NCBI GenBank assembly: GCA_031273805.1
Contig: JAISRE010000004.1
Span: forward strand, 2,103 to 66,102
Direction of reading: 5' to 3'
DNA from: Synergistaceae bacterium
Lineage (GTDB): Bacteria > Synergistota > Synergistia > Synergistales > Synergistaceae
Length of the DNA: 64,000 nucleotides
Shown here: piece by piece, positions 9,211 to 20,404 of the stretch
How positions within the stretch are numbered: the stretch's first letter is position 1
Layout of the letters: every line of letters begins with the position of its first letter
The notes under the pieces: generated by a model
The model's input: the letters and a program-made list of their open reading frames with translations, nothing else
The model's database searches: none
What the model was told of the DNA's origin: nothing
Program-made: the position numbers and the translations under genes

Positions 9211-10140
9211 TTAGGTTACTATCTGGAGGAAGCTGTCGATCAGCTCTCCGGAGTAGTAGAACAGGCCGCGGCCGATCTTGTCGGCCTCCCATACGCGCTG
9301 CGGGTTGTCGGGGTATGCCGTGTATCCGCCCGCGTAGGTCTCGATGCGGTTGCCGGACGGCTCCCAGAAGTATATCGTCATGCCGCGGGTAATAGCGTGG
9401 CGGGTCGGGCCTATATCCAGCTTCAGTCGGTACTTCCCTATAATGTCCGCCGCGCCCCCGACCTCGGTCCAATCCTGCAGGTAGAACCCGATATGGTGTA
9501 TTTTGCCGGGATGCGGGTACTCGACAAACGCCAGGTCGTGAGGCTTGTTGGAGCTGGTGATCCAGGTCGCCAGGCGATGTCCGTCCGGTGTATTGGCTAT
9601 TTCAGGCACGAACATGCCCAGAACCTCGGTGCAGAACCGCTCGGCCTCCTCGATGCCGGGGCCGAAGAGGAGGAAATGGTCGAGCCTCTGAGCCTTCATG
9701 CCCCTCGGCGGCTCGTCGCCCCATAGGTCCGGGTTCAGTGTCATCGGGCGCTGAGCCGCCAGATCCACATCGGCATATACCTCGAGCCTGTGACCGGTGC
9801 AGAGGGTGAAGCCGTATCTCTTGCCGAAGCCAGGCTGGTTGCTGTTCGGCGGAACCTCGTCCACCGCGTATCCGAAGGCCTGTGCGGCGGCCTTTATCTC
9901 CTCCAGACGCTCGCGGCTGTCCACCTTGAACGCCGCGTAGTCGAAGCCGGGGGCGTCTGCCAGGCGCAGAACGACCGAGTGATGATCGAACTCGTCGTAT
10001 CCCTTGAGCATTACCCTTCCGTCTGATGTGCGGCCGACTTCATTCAGGCCGAGGATGTTCTTGTAGAAATCCAGGGTCTTGTCGAGGTCGAGCACGCGAA
10101 TCTGTATCAGCCCCGGTCGAAGCGTTTTGTTAAGAGCCAT
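9211..10140 (-). CDS. catechol 2,3-dioxygenase (class I extradiol dioxygenase)
   Basis: 309 aa from the ATG at 10140 (AGGAGG RBS). Collinear with XylE/DmpB as I recall them: LRPGLIQIRVLDL, RLDHFLL, KIHHIGFYL, GPTRHAITRGMTIYFWEPSGNRIE. The metal ligands His/His/Glu appear conserved. Confidence 0.9.
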   Translation of the reverse strand: MALNKTLRPGLIQIRVLDLDKTLDFYKNILGLNEVGRTSDGRVMLKGYDEFDHHSVVLRLADAPGFDYAAFKVDSRERLEEIKAAAQAFGYAVDEVPPNSNQPGFGKRYGFTLCTGHRLEVYADVDLAAQRPMTLNPDLWGDEPPRGMKAQRLDHFLLFGPGIEEAERFCTEVLGMFVPEIANTPDGHRLATWITSSNKPHDLAFVEYPHPGKIHHIGFYLQDWTEVGGAADIIGKYRLKLDIGPTRHAITRGMTIYFWEPSGNRIETYAGGYTAYPDNPQRVWEADKIGRGLFYYSGELIDSFLQIVT

Positions 10141-10292
10141 TTTAATACCTCCTAATTTTTGAGAACCGCTCATTAAAATAAAAAATAAATTTTGGCGGCG
10201 GCGCAATCTTTGTCCGCTCCCCCTGTTACAAGGCAGTACAACAACAGCAGAGGGGCGTTGGACATACACTGCCAGCCTCACTTAAAACGGCG

Positions 10293-10351
10293 TTTAATCA
10301 GCGATTCTTCAGATTTTTTTGTGTTTATTCTTAAATTAAATCAGCGGTTCC
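10293..10351. repeat. two same-orientation repeat-family-A motifs between the dioxygenase and ferredoxin genes
   Basis: TTTAATCAGCGATTC at 10293 and TTAAATCAGCGGTTCC at 10336. The second ends 1 nt from the ferredoxin stop codon. Confidence 0.5.
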
Positions 10352-10352
10352 C

Positions 10353-10652
10353 CTATGCCCGCGCGAGAAGAATATCCCCGCGGGGTTGGACACAACACAA
10401 CAGCACTATTCCATTCTCCGCATCTGTCGGCGAAACATGTTCCCTGCTCATACGCTTTGCGGCAAACATCGCCCCCCTTTCAACCTTCATCCTGCAGATG
10501 CCGCAGCCTCCGCCGCAGCAACCATGATAAATAGGACCAGAGCGCGCGTGTATCATTGCGTTGAGGAGAAACTCGTCCTCCCCGCATGTAAATTCCTCGT
10601 TGGTATCCAGCACCCTTATTACGTGTCGTTTTACGCCGTCAGGGTTCGCCAT
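10353..10652 (-). CDS. plant-type [2Fe-2S] ferredoxin, XylT/DmpQ-like
   Basis: 99 aa with the motif CCGGGCGICRMK plus a distal Cys pair. It sits immediately upstream of the catechol 2,3-dioxygenase, as xylT and dmpQ do. Confidence 0.75.
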   Translation of the reverse strand: MANPDGVKRHVIRVLDTNEEFTCGEDEFLLNAMIHARSGPIYHGCCGGGCGICRMKVERGAMFAAKRMSREHVSPTDAENGIVLLCCVQPRGDILLARA

Positions 10653-10661
10653 GATAAAGAC

Positions 10662-11486
10662 CTATTCCTTGAAGAAATTGCGCAGCAGACCGGCGAACTC
10701 CTCCGTATGTTCGATCTGCGTCCAGTGCCCGCAATGCCCGAACACATGCAGTTGAGCGCGGTCTATGAGCTGTATCAGCCGCAGAGACGTCTCTATCGGT
10801 ATGACCCTGTCCTCGCGCCCGTGAATTATCAAAGTCTCGTGAGGTATGCTGCGGATGTAGTTCTCGTTGCACGCCATGCGCTCCACACCCTTTTGACGGG
10901 GCTCCGGGAACATGGATGAGAAGCTCTCCTGGAAACCGAGCTGCATGCTGGATTCATACCGTGTCTTTATGAGCTCCGGCGTCGAGAATGAGTGGTCGTA
11001 GGTGAAGATCTCGAGGAGCTCCTCCATGTTGGCGAGAGACGGGGTGTATCCCCACACCGCGTCAAGCCCGTAAGTGATGGGGAACGTCACGCCCATGCTG
11101 CCCATCAGGACAAGCTTGTTCACCCGTTCGGGGTACTTGATCGCCATGGAGAGGGCGAGCGCTCCTCCGAAGGAGTTGCCGACCAGATTCGCCTTCTCGA
11201 TATTCAGCGCGTCGTAGAGGTCTATGGTCTGCCTCACCCAGTTGTTGAGGTTGTAGACCGCGTCCGCCGGCCGCTCGGTGAAGCCGAAGCCGACCAGATC
11301 GGGGGCGATGATTCGAAACTCGTCCTTCAGGAGAGGGAAGAGTTTGTTCCAGTTTGCCCATGCGGTAACGCCCGGCCCTGACCCGTGCAGGAAAAACACC
11401 GGATGTCCGCTGCCGATGTCGTGATAATTGGTATTGAACCCGCCTGTTTTGATGCTGTTCGCAATTTCCGGTCTTGACTGTGCCAT
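10662..11486 (-). CDS. 2-hydroxymuconate semialdehyde hydrolase-type alpha/beta hydrolase
   Basis: 274 aa meta-cleavage-product hydrolase pattern: HPVFFLHGSGPGVTAWANW, nucleophile elbow GNSFGG, C-terminal GHWTQIEH. Confidence 0.85.
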   Translation of the reverse strand: MAQSRPEIANSIKTGGFNTNYHDIGSGHPVFFLHGSGPGVTAWANWNKLFPLLKDEFRIIAPDLVGFGFTERPADAVYNLNNWVRQTIDLYDALNIEKANLVGNSFGGALALSMAIKYPERVNKLVLMGSMGVTFPITYGLDAVWGYTPSLANMEELLEIFTYDHSFSTPELIKTRYESSMQLGFQESFSSMFPEPRQKGVERMACNENYIRSIPHETLIIHGREDRVIPIETSLRLIQLIDRAQLHVFGHCGHWTQIEHTEEFAGLLRNFFKE

Positions 11487-11536
11487 TTATAATCACATCC
11501 TTCTACTTAATATGTCAGTGTATGTCAGCGAGTCTT

Positions 11537-12334
11537 TTACGCGTCGCTGCTTGCCTTTGCCCCGATGGCGCCGGATATGACGCCTGCCACATGAATAACC
11601 TGCTTGATTGCCCGATTCAGGGGTTCACCGCGCATGTTGGAGTCGAGCCCGGAGACGCTTACGGCATACCGGGCCGCGCCGTAGACGTCGAATATCGGGG
11701 CCGCCACGCATCTCAGGTTGTTCATTATCTCCCCGTTGTCCATGCAGTATCCCTGACTCCGCACCTTCTCCAGCTCCTCGAACAGCTTTGGAAGGCTCGT
11801 TATCGTCCGGGGCGTCATCTGCGTCAGCCCCCTTTTCTCGGCTACCTGCATGACCTCCGCCTCGTTCATGTACGCGAGCAGTACCTTCCCAAGTCCGCTG
11901 CAGTGCATCGGGAGCCTGCCCCCGACCTCAGAGACGATGCGGATGAGCTGCTTGGGCTCCACTTTATCCAGGTAGAGAACCTCTCCGTCGCTCTCCATAG
12001 CCAGGTGCACGGTCTCACCCACGCTTTCGCAGAGCCTCCTCAGATGCGGCTTGGCGATTGCGCAGACGTCCCACGATTTGGCGACGACGTTCCCGAGCTC
12101 GAAGAGCCGCGCGCCGAGACGATAGTGCCCGGTCTCGGCGGACTGCTCCGCAAAACGGTAGTCGCGAAGCGTCGACAGCAGTCCGTATACAGTGCTCTTG
12201 GGCCAGCCCGATTGCCTGGATATATCGGTGAGAGACATATCGGACCTCTCCGCAGCCATGATGTTAAGGAGTATCATGGCGCGCTCGACCGATTGAACGT
12301 GAGAGGGCTTCTTGTTCTTCATCTCCATAGCCAT
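11537..12334 (-). CDS. IclR family transcriptional regulator
   Basis: 265 aa with an N-terminal winged HTH (VQSVERAMILLNIMAAERSDMSLTDISRQSGWPKSTVYGLLSTL) and an IclR effector domain. First gene of the meta-cleavage cluster on the same strand. Confidence 0.85.
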   Translation of the reverse strand: MAMEMKNKKPSHVQSVERAMILLNIMAAERSDMSLTDISRQSGWPKSTVYGLLSTLRDYRFAEQSAETGHYRLGARLFELGNVVAKSWDVCAIAKPHLRRLCESVGETVHLAMESDGEVLYLDKVEPKQLIRIVSEVGGRLPMHCSGLGKVLLAYMNEAEVMQVAEKRGLTQMTPRTITSLPKLFEELEKVRSQGYCMDNGEIMNNLRCVAAPIFDVYGAARYAVSVSGLDSNMRGEPLNRAIKQVIHVAGVISGAIGAKASSDA

Positions 12335-12658
12335 ACAACCTCTCGGGCCGTGACATGCAAAGCAGTGGCTAGAACATTAAAAAATAAAATTCAAAGAGAT
12401 ACGTAAGAGAGGACGCCGTAAAACAAAAATGCATACCTGGTAAACACGCATGTCAGGACGAAACTGACATGCGAACCCAACATCACTTAACGCCAAACGG
12501 CAACAAAGTTAAAGATAATTAAAATTTTAATATGTGCTCTAAGTGTCATTACTCTATCACTTTGTCTGAATGACATCAATAAATTTGTTCCCTTATACCG
12601 AACGATTGTTCTGGAATTTCGATTATAGATATTATCCGAAACACCACCGGTCCCCCCC

Positions 12659-12691
12659 TCTGTCGTCCTCCGGCTTGACCGGAGGACCCAA
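12659..12691. repeat. repeat family B hairpin, full copy
   Basis: CTCTGTCGTCCTCCGGCTTGACCGGAGGACCCA, identical to 58177-58209. It has a 9-bp stem GTCCTCCGG/CCGGAGGAC and a 5-nt loop. Confidence 0.7.
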
Positions 12692-13010
12692 AAACCATCG
12701 AGCGAAGGTTGGGCATAGCCAAAATTTTTTTGCTCGTAATATCAGTCATGTGCGCAATGGGATTCCGTATAATGTTTGAGTTGTTGTAGCGGACGGGTAT
12801 GCATTAAAAGAGAGCCAGAGGAGCCGAAATATTACATCAACTCCATATTATTAGTTACTGGTACCACCTAAAAATATCTACACACTCTTACCAAAATGAT
12901 TATTACGCTTAATTTTAATAGCCACAAACGCCTAATATTTGATGGTGCTATTAAATTAGCTCTTGCATATATTAATTACCTTATAGACTGTTATCTTTTT
13001 TTTGAGCAGA

Positions 13011-14483
13011 TCACTGACGAGGCAAAGGGGGCGTCGGCGGACGTTCCGCCAGGCTTATGGGGATCGTCACGGATATTCTGGCGCCGCGCGCGTCTGGGTT
13101 ATCCGAAGCGGGGCCGATCGAGAGAGTTCCTCCAAGCATCTGGACGCGCTCGTGCATGTTGGACAGCCCTCTGTGCCCGAGGAGGCGAGTTCGCTCGAAA
13201 TCGGGCTGTATGAAATCCCCCTCGCTGAAGCCACGTCCGTCGTCTGTTATGGAAAAGATCAGATCGTCGCCTGCCCGCTCTAGCCGCACATCTATCACAT
13301 GAGCGCCACCGTGCCTGACGGAGTTTGAGACGGCCTCCTGCAGTATGCGTATTATGGCCAGCGCGCAGTCTCCCGGCATGTCGCCGTACTCGTCGTCGAC
13401 CGATACGTTTATCAGCGCGTTGTGCGCCATCGAAAGTCGCTCAGACAGCTCCTCCAGGGCGCTCGATATACCCAGCGCCGTCCACGACGGCGACAGTTCG
13501 TCGCAGTAGTCGCGAATCTCGTTAGCCGCATACTGTGAAATGCGCTCCGCCTCGTCGAGCTTTTCCCTCGCGGCCCCCCCGACCGCAGAGCTCAGGGCAA
13601 GCTGGATGCGCTTTATCGAGGCCACGACAGACTGAAGCGGCCCATCGTGCAGCTCTCGCGCCAGGCGCCTGCGGGCGTCCTCCTGAGCCTGCACAATGTC
13701 AGTGACGTAACGGGCTCTGAGGCCCTTCTCGGAGATGGCCTCCGACGCCGATCTTTCTATGACGCTCTCCAGCTCGCACACCTCGTACAGAGACAGCAGT
13801 CCCTCATACGCGAACTTCGGCATGGAGACGCCCCATCTGAGACTGCCGACGGCCTCGACGATCCGGCGAATGGGTAGCACGAAATACCGCCATAGAGCGG
13901 CTATCCCCACCAACATGGCGGCGGATGAGATCATCACCGATATCAGCCAGAAGTTCCAGAGCCGCGAGTATGAACTGAGCAGGTTTGTCTTCGACGCGGC
14001 GACGAGGACGTAGCCGCCCTGGTCGAGCGCCCGCACCACCATGTAATAGCTCCTGCCGTCCTTGTCCGAGACCACGGTCGGCTCACCCAGCGCCACATCG
14101 TCTCGCCAGAGGGAGATCAGGTTCTCCGCCCCCTCGGAGCCGCCCAGCGGTCGCCTTTCGCTGTCGAAAAGCAGAAGCCCGCCAGAGTTCAGAGACGGGT
14201 CCGTGGCGAACATGCGGAAGAACATCCTGCGCCTGGGCGTGTGACGCGACCCGAACTCCTTCACTCCGCGCGTCGCCGGCACAGGAGGAATATCGGGCGG
14301 CTGGGGCAGTCCCTGCGCAAAGGTCTCCGCCACGTCAGTTACGTAGGAGGAGAGCACTCTGTCAGTCAATACGGCCTGAGCCTTGAAAACATACAGTGAG
14401 ATCAGAAAGGTTACGGCCGTAAACGCCGTGACAGCCAGCATCAGGAAGAACAGGGCGCTCCTGGGCAGTTTTCTGGCGCTCAT
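13011..14483 (-). CDS. sensor histidine kinase (HisKA_3 / NarX-DesK type)
   Basis: Two TM segments, an H-box ELHDGPLQS, and an HATPase_c domain (ILQEAVSNSVRHG...DDGRGF...GLSNMHERVQMLGG). The ATG at 14483 lies 1 nt after the regulator's stop. Confidence 0.85.
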   Translation of the reverse strand: MSARKLPRSALFFLMLAVTAFTAVTFLISLYVFKAQAVLTDRVLSSYVTDVAETFAQGLPQPPDIPPVPATRGVKEFGSRHTPRRRMFFRMFATDPSLNSGGLLLFDSERRPLGGSEGAENLISLWRDDVALGEPTVVSDKDGRSYYMVVRALDQGGYVLVAASKTNLLSSYSRLWNFWLISVMISSAAMLVGIAALWRYFVLPIRRIVEAVGSLRWGVSMPKFAYEGLLSLYEVCELESVIERSASEAISEKGLRARYVTDIVQAQEDARRRLARELHDGPLQSVVASIKRIQLALSSAVGGAAREKLDEAERISQYAANEIRDYCDELSPSWTALGISSALEELSERLSMAHNALINVSVDDEYGDMPGDCALAIIRILQEAVSNSVRHGGAHVIDVRLERAGDDLIFSITDDGRGFSEGDFIQPDFERTRLLGHRGLSNMHERVQMLGGTLSIGPASDNPDARGARISVTIPISLAERPPTPPLPRQ

Positions 14484-14484
14484 A

Positions 14485-15174
14485 TTAAATCTCACCGTCC
14501 TCGTCAATGTGCAGCTCATCCAGAAAAATTATTCCGCGCTTGAGCGCTATAAGTATGGCCTCCGTCTTGTTCCTGGCGCCGAACTTGTTGTACACGGATG
14601 CGAGATGAGCCTGAACCGTGCGCTCGGTGATCGAGAGCTTGGAAGCCGTTCTGTGGCCCTGCATCCCCTGAGCCGTGAGTATGAGAACCTCCTTCTCGCG
14701 AGGGGAGAGTTCCTCCGGCGCAACGTCGCCGGAACCGGCCAGAGACACTGAGGTGTCCAGGTAGAACCTGCCCTCGCTCGCCGATACTATGGCCATGCGC
14801 AGCTGTTCGAACGGAGCGGTTTTGAGAACGAACCCGGTAGCCCCGGCCCGTATGGACGCCATGACGTACTGCTGCGCGCGATATGCCGTGAGCATCACTA
14901 TCTTCACCGGCATACGCGCCCGCGTCGCCCGCTCCGTTATCTCTATGCCTGTTCCGTTCGGCATCTCTATGTCCAACAGAGCGACGTCGGGGGACGACTC
15001 CCGCATGGCTCGCCACGCGGACTCCCCATCCGAAGCCTCCGCGACCAACTTGAAGTCCGGAACGTCCGATATCCACGCGGCAAGTCCGGCCCGCGTCAGC
15101 GGATGGTCATCAGCAAGAAGTATCCTTATCACCGTTATCACGCTCCTCCACGACTCCTGTCGAATATAGACCAT
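14485..15174 (-). CDS. LuxR/NarL family response regulator
   Basis: REC domain (IRILLADDHPL...DVALLDIEMPNGTG) and a LuxR-type HTH (LSPREKEVLILTAQGMQGHRTASKLSITERTVQAHL). The start is uncertain: ATG at 15174, or GTG codons near 15135-15141 that follow GGAGGA. Confidence 0.85.
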   Translation of the reverse strand: MVYIRQESWRSVITVIRILLADDHPLTRAGLAAWISDVPDFKLVAEASDGESAWRAMRESSPDVALLDIEMPNGTGIEITERATRARMPVKIVMLTAYRAQQYVMASIRAGATGFVLKTAPFEQLRMAIVSASEGRFYLDTSVSLAGSGDVAPEELSPREKEVLILTAQGMQGHRTASKLSITERTVQAHLASVYNKFGARNKTEAILIALKRGIIFLDELHIDEDGEI

Positions 15175-15305
15175 ATCAGAGCGGACATGGCTGTGCATTG
15201 ATATTTTTAACAATAATGAAATTGGATTATTCAGCAATGGCAAACGCCTGACGGCGCTATATCATACTCTCAGCGGCAAAACACAAATACAGGAGGTATG
15301 GCGGC

Positions 15306-15749
15306 ATGAAAAACGGGAAGAAGTTAATGGCGGCTTTGGCGGTCGTGATGCTCCTCGCTATGGCGTCGGCGGCGATCGCGTCAGGGGAATCGCATCACGG
15401 TCAGAACAAGGACGGCTGGAGATATGAAAAGGACCGGGGTCACATGGACGGACGGGGCCCTGGGATGCGCGACCCGATCCGCCACGGCGGCGGACATGGA
15501 TGGGGCCCCGGGTCCTCGGAAATACCCCAAAACATCAGGGACAAGATGGCGGATGCTGAAAAACTGTCGATAGTCCTCAGAGAGATGCTGGACCGCTCCG
15601 TAATCGATCGCGGCAGAGCGATGGGAACGTATCGAAGACACATCGCGCTCAGGAACGAAATCGCCGAGTGGTTCTTCGAGCGACACCTGGACAGGCTGAC
15701 GGCAAACCCAAGAACTCCGGGAGCTCCGCCATATCGCCCCGGCCCCTGA
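15306..15749 (+). CDS. secreted Gly/His-rich protein, possibly a Spy/CpxP/ZraP-like periplasmic stress protein
   Basis: Signal peptide (MKNGKKLMAALAVVMLLAMASAAIASG), a G/H-rich stretch and a helical C-terminal part. Divergently transcribed from the two-component system. The family assignment is only by composition and context. Confidence 0.35.
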   Translation: MKNGKKLMAALAVVMLLAMASAAIASGESHHGQNKDGWRYEKDRGHMDGRGPGMRDPIRHGGGHGWGPGSSEIPQNIRDKMADAEKLSIVLREMLDRSVIDRGRAMGTYRRHIALRNEIAEWFFERHLDRLTANPRTPGAPPYRPGP

Positions 15750-15923
15750 CACACAGGAAACTGCGCGTTAAAAGAGCGCACTGAGCGGGAGAGGGGATTA
15801 TTCCCCTCTCCATGCGCGATATTGGACAGCTGCCGGCACAGCCTGTATACTATTTCAAAATACGCTGCGCATTTTATTTCGTTATGAGGACATAGATAAA
15901 CAACGCTGTGGGGGTGTCCTGTC

Positions 15924-18698
<2,775 letters not shown>

Positions 18699-18724
18699 CA
18701 TTTTAAGCGAGGGGATGTTGGGAA

Positions 18725-19639
18725 GTGGAAGCCAAAGCTAAATACAGCGTATTGATAGTAGACGACGAAAGATCGAACCTGGTGGTCCTGAATAAGCTCC
18801 TGTCCGACGAATATACGGTGCTTACCGCAAAATCGGGGGAGGAAGCTCTGCGCCGTGCGGAGGAGGATATGCCGGACCTGATACTGCTTGACATCATCAT
18901 GCCCGGCATGAACGGCTTCGATGTGCTGACCAGTCTGAAGGAGTCCCCATACACGAAAAACATACCGGTCATCATCATAACCGGCCTCAACAGCGAGGAC
19001 GACGAGGAGCGCGGATTTTTCCTCGGCGCGGTGGACTACATAACGAAGCCCTTCAAGAACGCCATCGTCCTCGCCAGAGTAAAAACACACATCAAGATAG
19101 TGCATCAGATGCACACCATCGAAATGCTCGGGCTGATGGACCCTCTGACGGGCGTCCCAAACAGACGCAGCTTCGACAACCACATCGACATCGAGTGGAG
19201 AAAGAGCATACGGGCTCAGAGTCCCATCTCGTTCCTGATGATGGACCTCGACAAGTTCAAAACATATAACGACACCTACGGACACCCTCAGGGCGACGCG
19301 CTGCTCCGCGCGGTGGCAAACATTTTCTCCTCCTCCGCGCGGCGTCCGGCCGACTTAGTCGCCAGGCTCGGCGGCGAGGAGTTCGGCGTGCTGCTGCCGA
19401 ACACCAGCCTGGAGAGTTCACTGGCTATAGCGGAGAACATCCGCTCACAGGTGGAATCTCTCAGGGTACCCACAGTGGACGGCGAACTCACCAACACCAC
19501 AATAAGCATAGGACTGGCCTCGATCATTCCGCAGGAGGAGAGCAGCTTCAAGGAATTCATCTCCACTGCCGACGAAAACCTGTATAAGGCAAAAAGCACA
19601 GGCAGAAACAGAATCTACTCCGGAGAGCCGCTGATTTAA
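18725..19639 (+). CDS. response regulator with diguanylate cyclase output (REC-GGDEF)
   Basis: REC (VLIVDDERSNLVV...DLILLDIIMPGMNG) and a GGDEF domain with RLGGEEFGVLL. GTG start. Confidence 0.9.
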   Translation: MEAKAKYSVLIVDDERSNLVVLNKLLSDEYTVLTAKSGEEALRRAEEDMPDLILLDIIMPGMNGFDVLTSLKESPYTKNIPVIIITGLNSEDDEERGFFLGAVDYITKPFKNAIVLARVKTHIKIVHQMHTIEMLGLMDPLTGVPNRRSFDNHIDIEWRKSIRAQSPISFLMMDLDKFKTYNDTYGHPQGDALLRAVANIFSSSARRPADLVARLGGEEFGVLLPNTSLESSLAIAENIRSQVESLRVPTVDGELTNTTISIGLASIIPQEESSFKEFISTADENLYKAKSTGRNRIYSGEPLI

Positions 19640-19640
19640 C
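19623..19640. repeat. repeat-family-A motif forming the last codons and stop of the GGDEF gene
   Basis: GAGAGCCGCTGATTTAAC; the TAA inside the motif is the stop codon. Confidence 0.45.
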
Positions 19641-19670
19641 ATAGCTCGTCTTGTCGCCGCAAGTCTGAAG

Positions 19671-19709
19671 GCGCACGCGGCGTGACACATCCCGTCACGC
19701 CGCGTGCGC
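19671..19709 (+). terminator. strong terminator hairpin after the GGDEF gene
   Basis: A perfect 16-bp stem GCGCACGCGGCGTGAC/GTCACGCCGCGTGCGC with a 7-nt loop, followed by TGAATTTTAAT. Confidence 0.7.
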
Positions 19710-19811
19710 TGAATTTTAATATAGGTGCAGCCCGTTTAATCCTCTCCTCAAGTGAAACGCGAGCCGTGATGATTTGATTACGCTATAATAGAGAAAATCG
19801 AGGTGATGCAG

Positions 19812-20308
19812 ATGACCTCTTCGGACAATTTGGATTTACAGTTTTCCGCCATAGACTTTTTTGCCGGCTCCGGCTTGGTCACGGAGGCGTTGTCTCCATA
19901 TTTCAAAGTTGTATGGGCGAACGATATATCGTCTCGAAAAGCAATAACGTATACGGCAAATCATGGGGATTCTCATTTCATATTCGACGATATTAAAAAT
20001 GTCAAAGGTAACGCGCTTCCCCTCACTACATTGGCGTGGGCCAGTTTCCCATGTCAGGATTTATCCCTGGCCGGAAAGATAAACGGGATATATGCTCACC
20101 GCAGTGGACTTGTGTGGGAATGGCTGCGCGCTTGATGGGGGCGCCGGATTCGTATAAACTGCCTGGGACATATTTGGATGGCTATATGGCCATGGGGGAT
20201 GCGGTAGCCTTGCCTGTCGTGAAACATCTTGCAAAATATCTGTTGTTTCCTCTGGCCGAATCGGCAACGAAACGTGACCTAAAACATAAAGAAGCCGTCA
20301 ATAGTTAA
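19812..20308 (+). pseudogene. dcm: DNA (cytosine-5)-methyltransferase pseudogene (internal deletion plus frameshift)
   Basis: Frame 1 encodes motif I (DFFAGSG) and motif IV (SFPCQDLS), then stops at 20135. A second frame continues with the motif IX/X region (ARLMGAPDSYKLPG...MGDAVALPV). Motifs VI-VIII and the target recognition domain are missing. Total length is about 0.5 kb, against more than 1 kb for intact enzymes. Confidence 0.75.
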
Positions 20309-20404
20309 ATGTCCAATACGTCCAGCGCTTACGAACGTCTTAAAGAATTTCAAACAGAACCAAGCCTGCGAATAGAGTTTGAGGCTAAAGGTTAGATTTG
20401 CACA

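Noticed and set aside
10141-10281. N-terminal 47-aa extension of the catechol 2,3-dioxygenase track ORF
   Set aside because: The homologous sequence starts at MALNKTLRPG, and the ATG at 10140 has an AGGAGG RBS. The extension runs through the family-A repeat region.
11474-12406. 310-aa plus-strand ORF
   Set aside because: It is antisense to the IclR regulator and overlaps the hydrolase start. It has no recognisable motifs and is a shadow ORF.
12780-13010. AT-rich ~230-bp block and the track ORF 12896..13213
   Set aside because: The ORF overlaps the 3' end of the histidine kinase and has no RBS or motifs. The block shows no repeats or structure that I could support, and is probably just 3' intergenic DNA.
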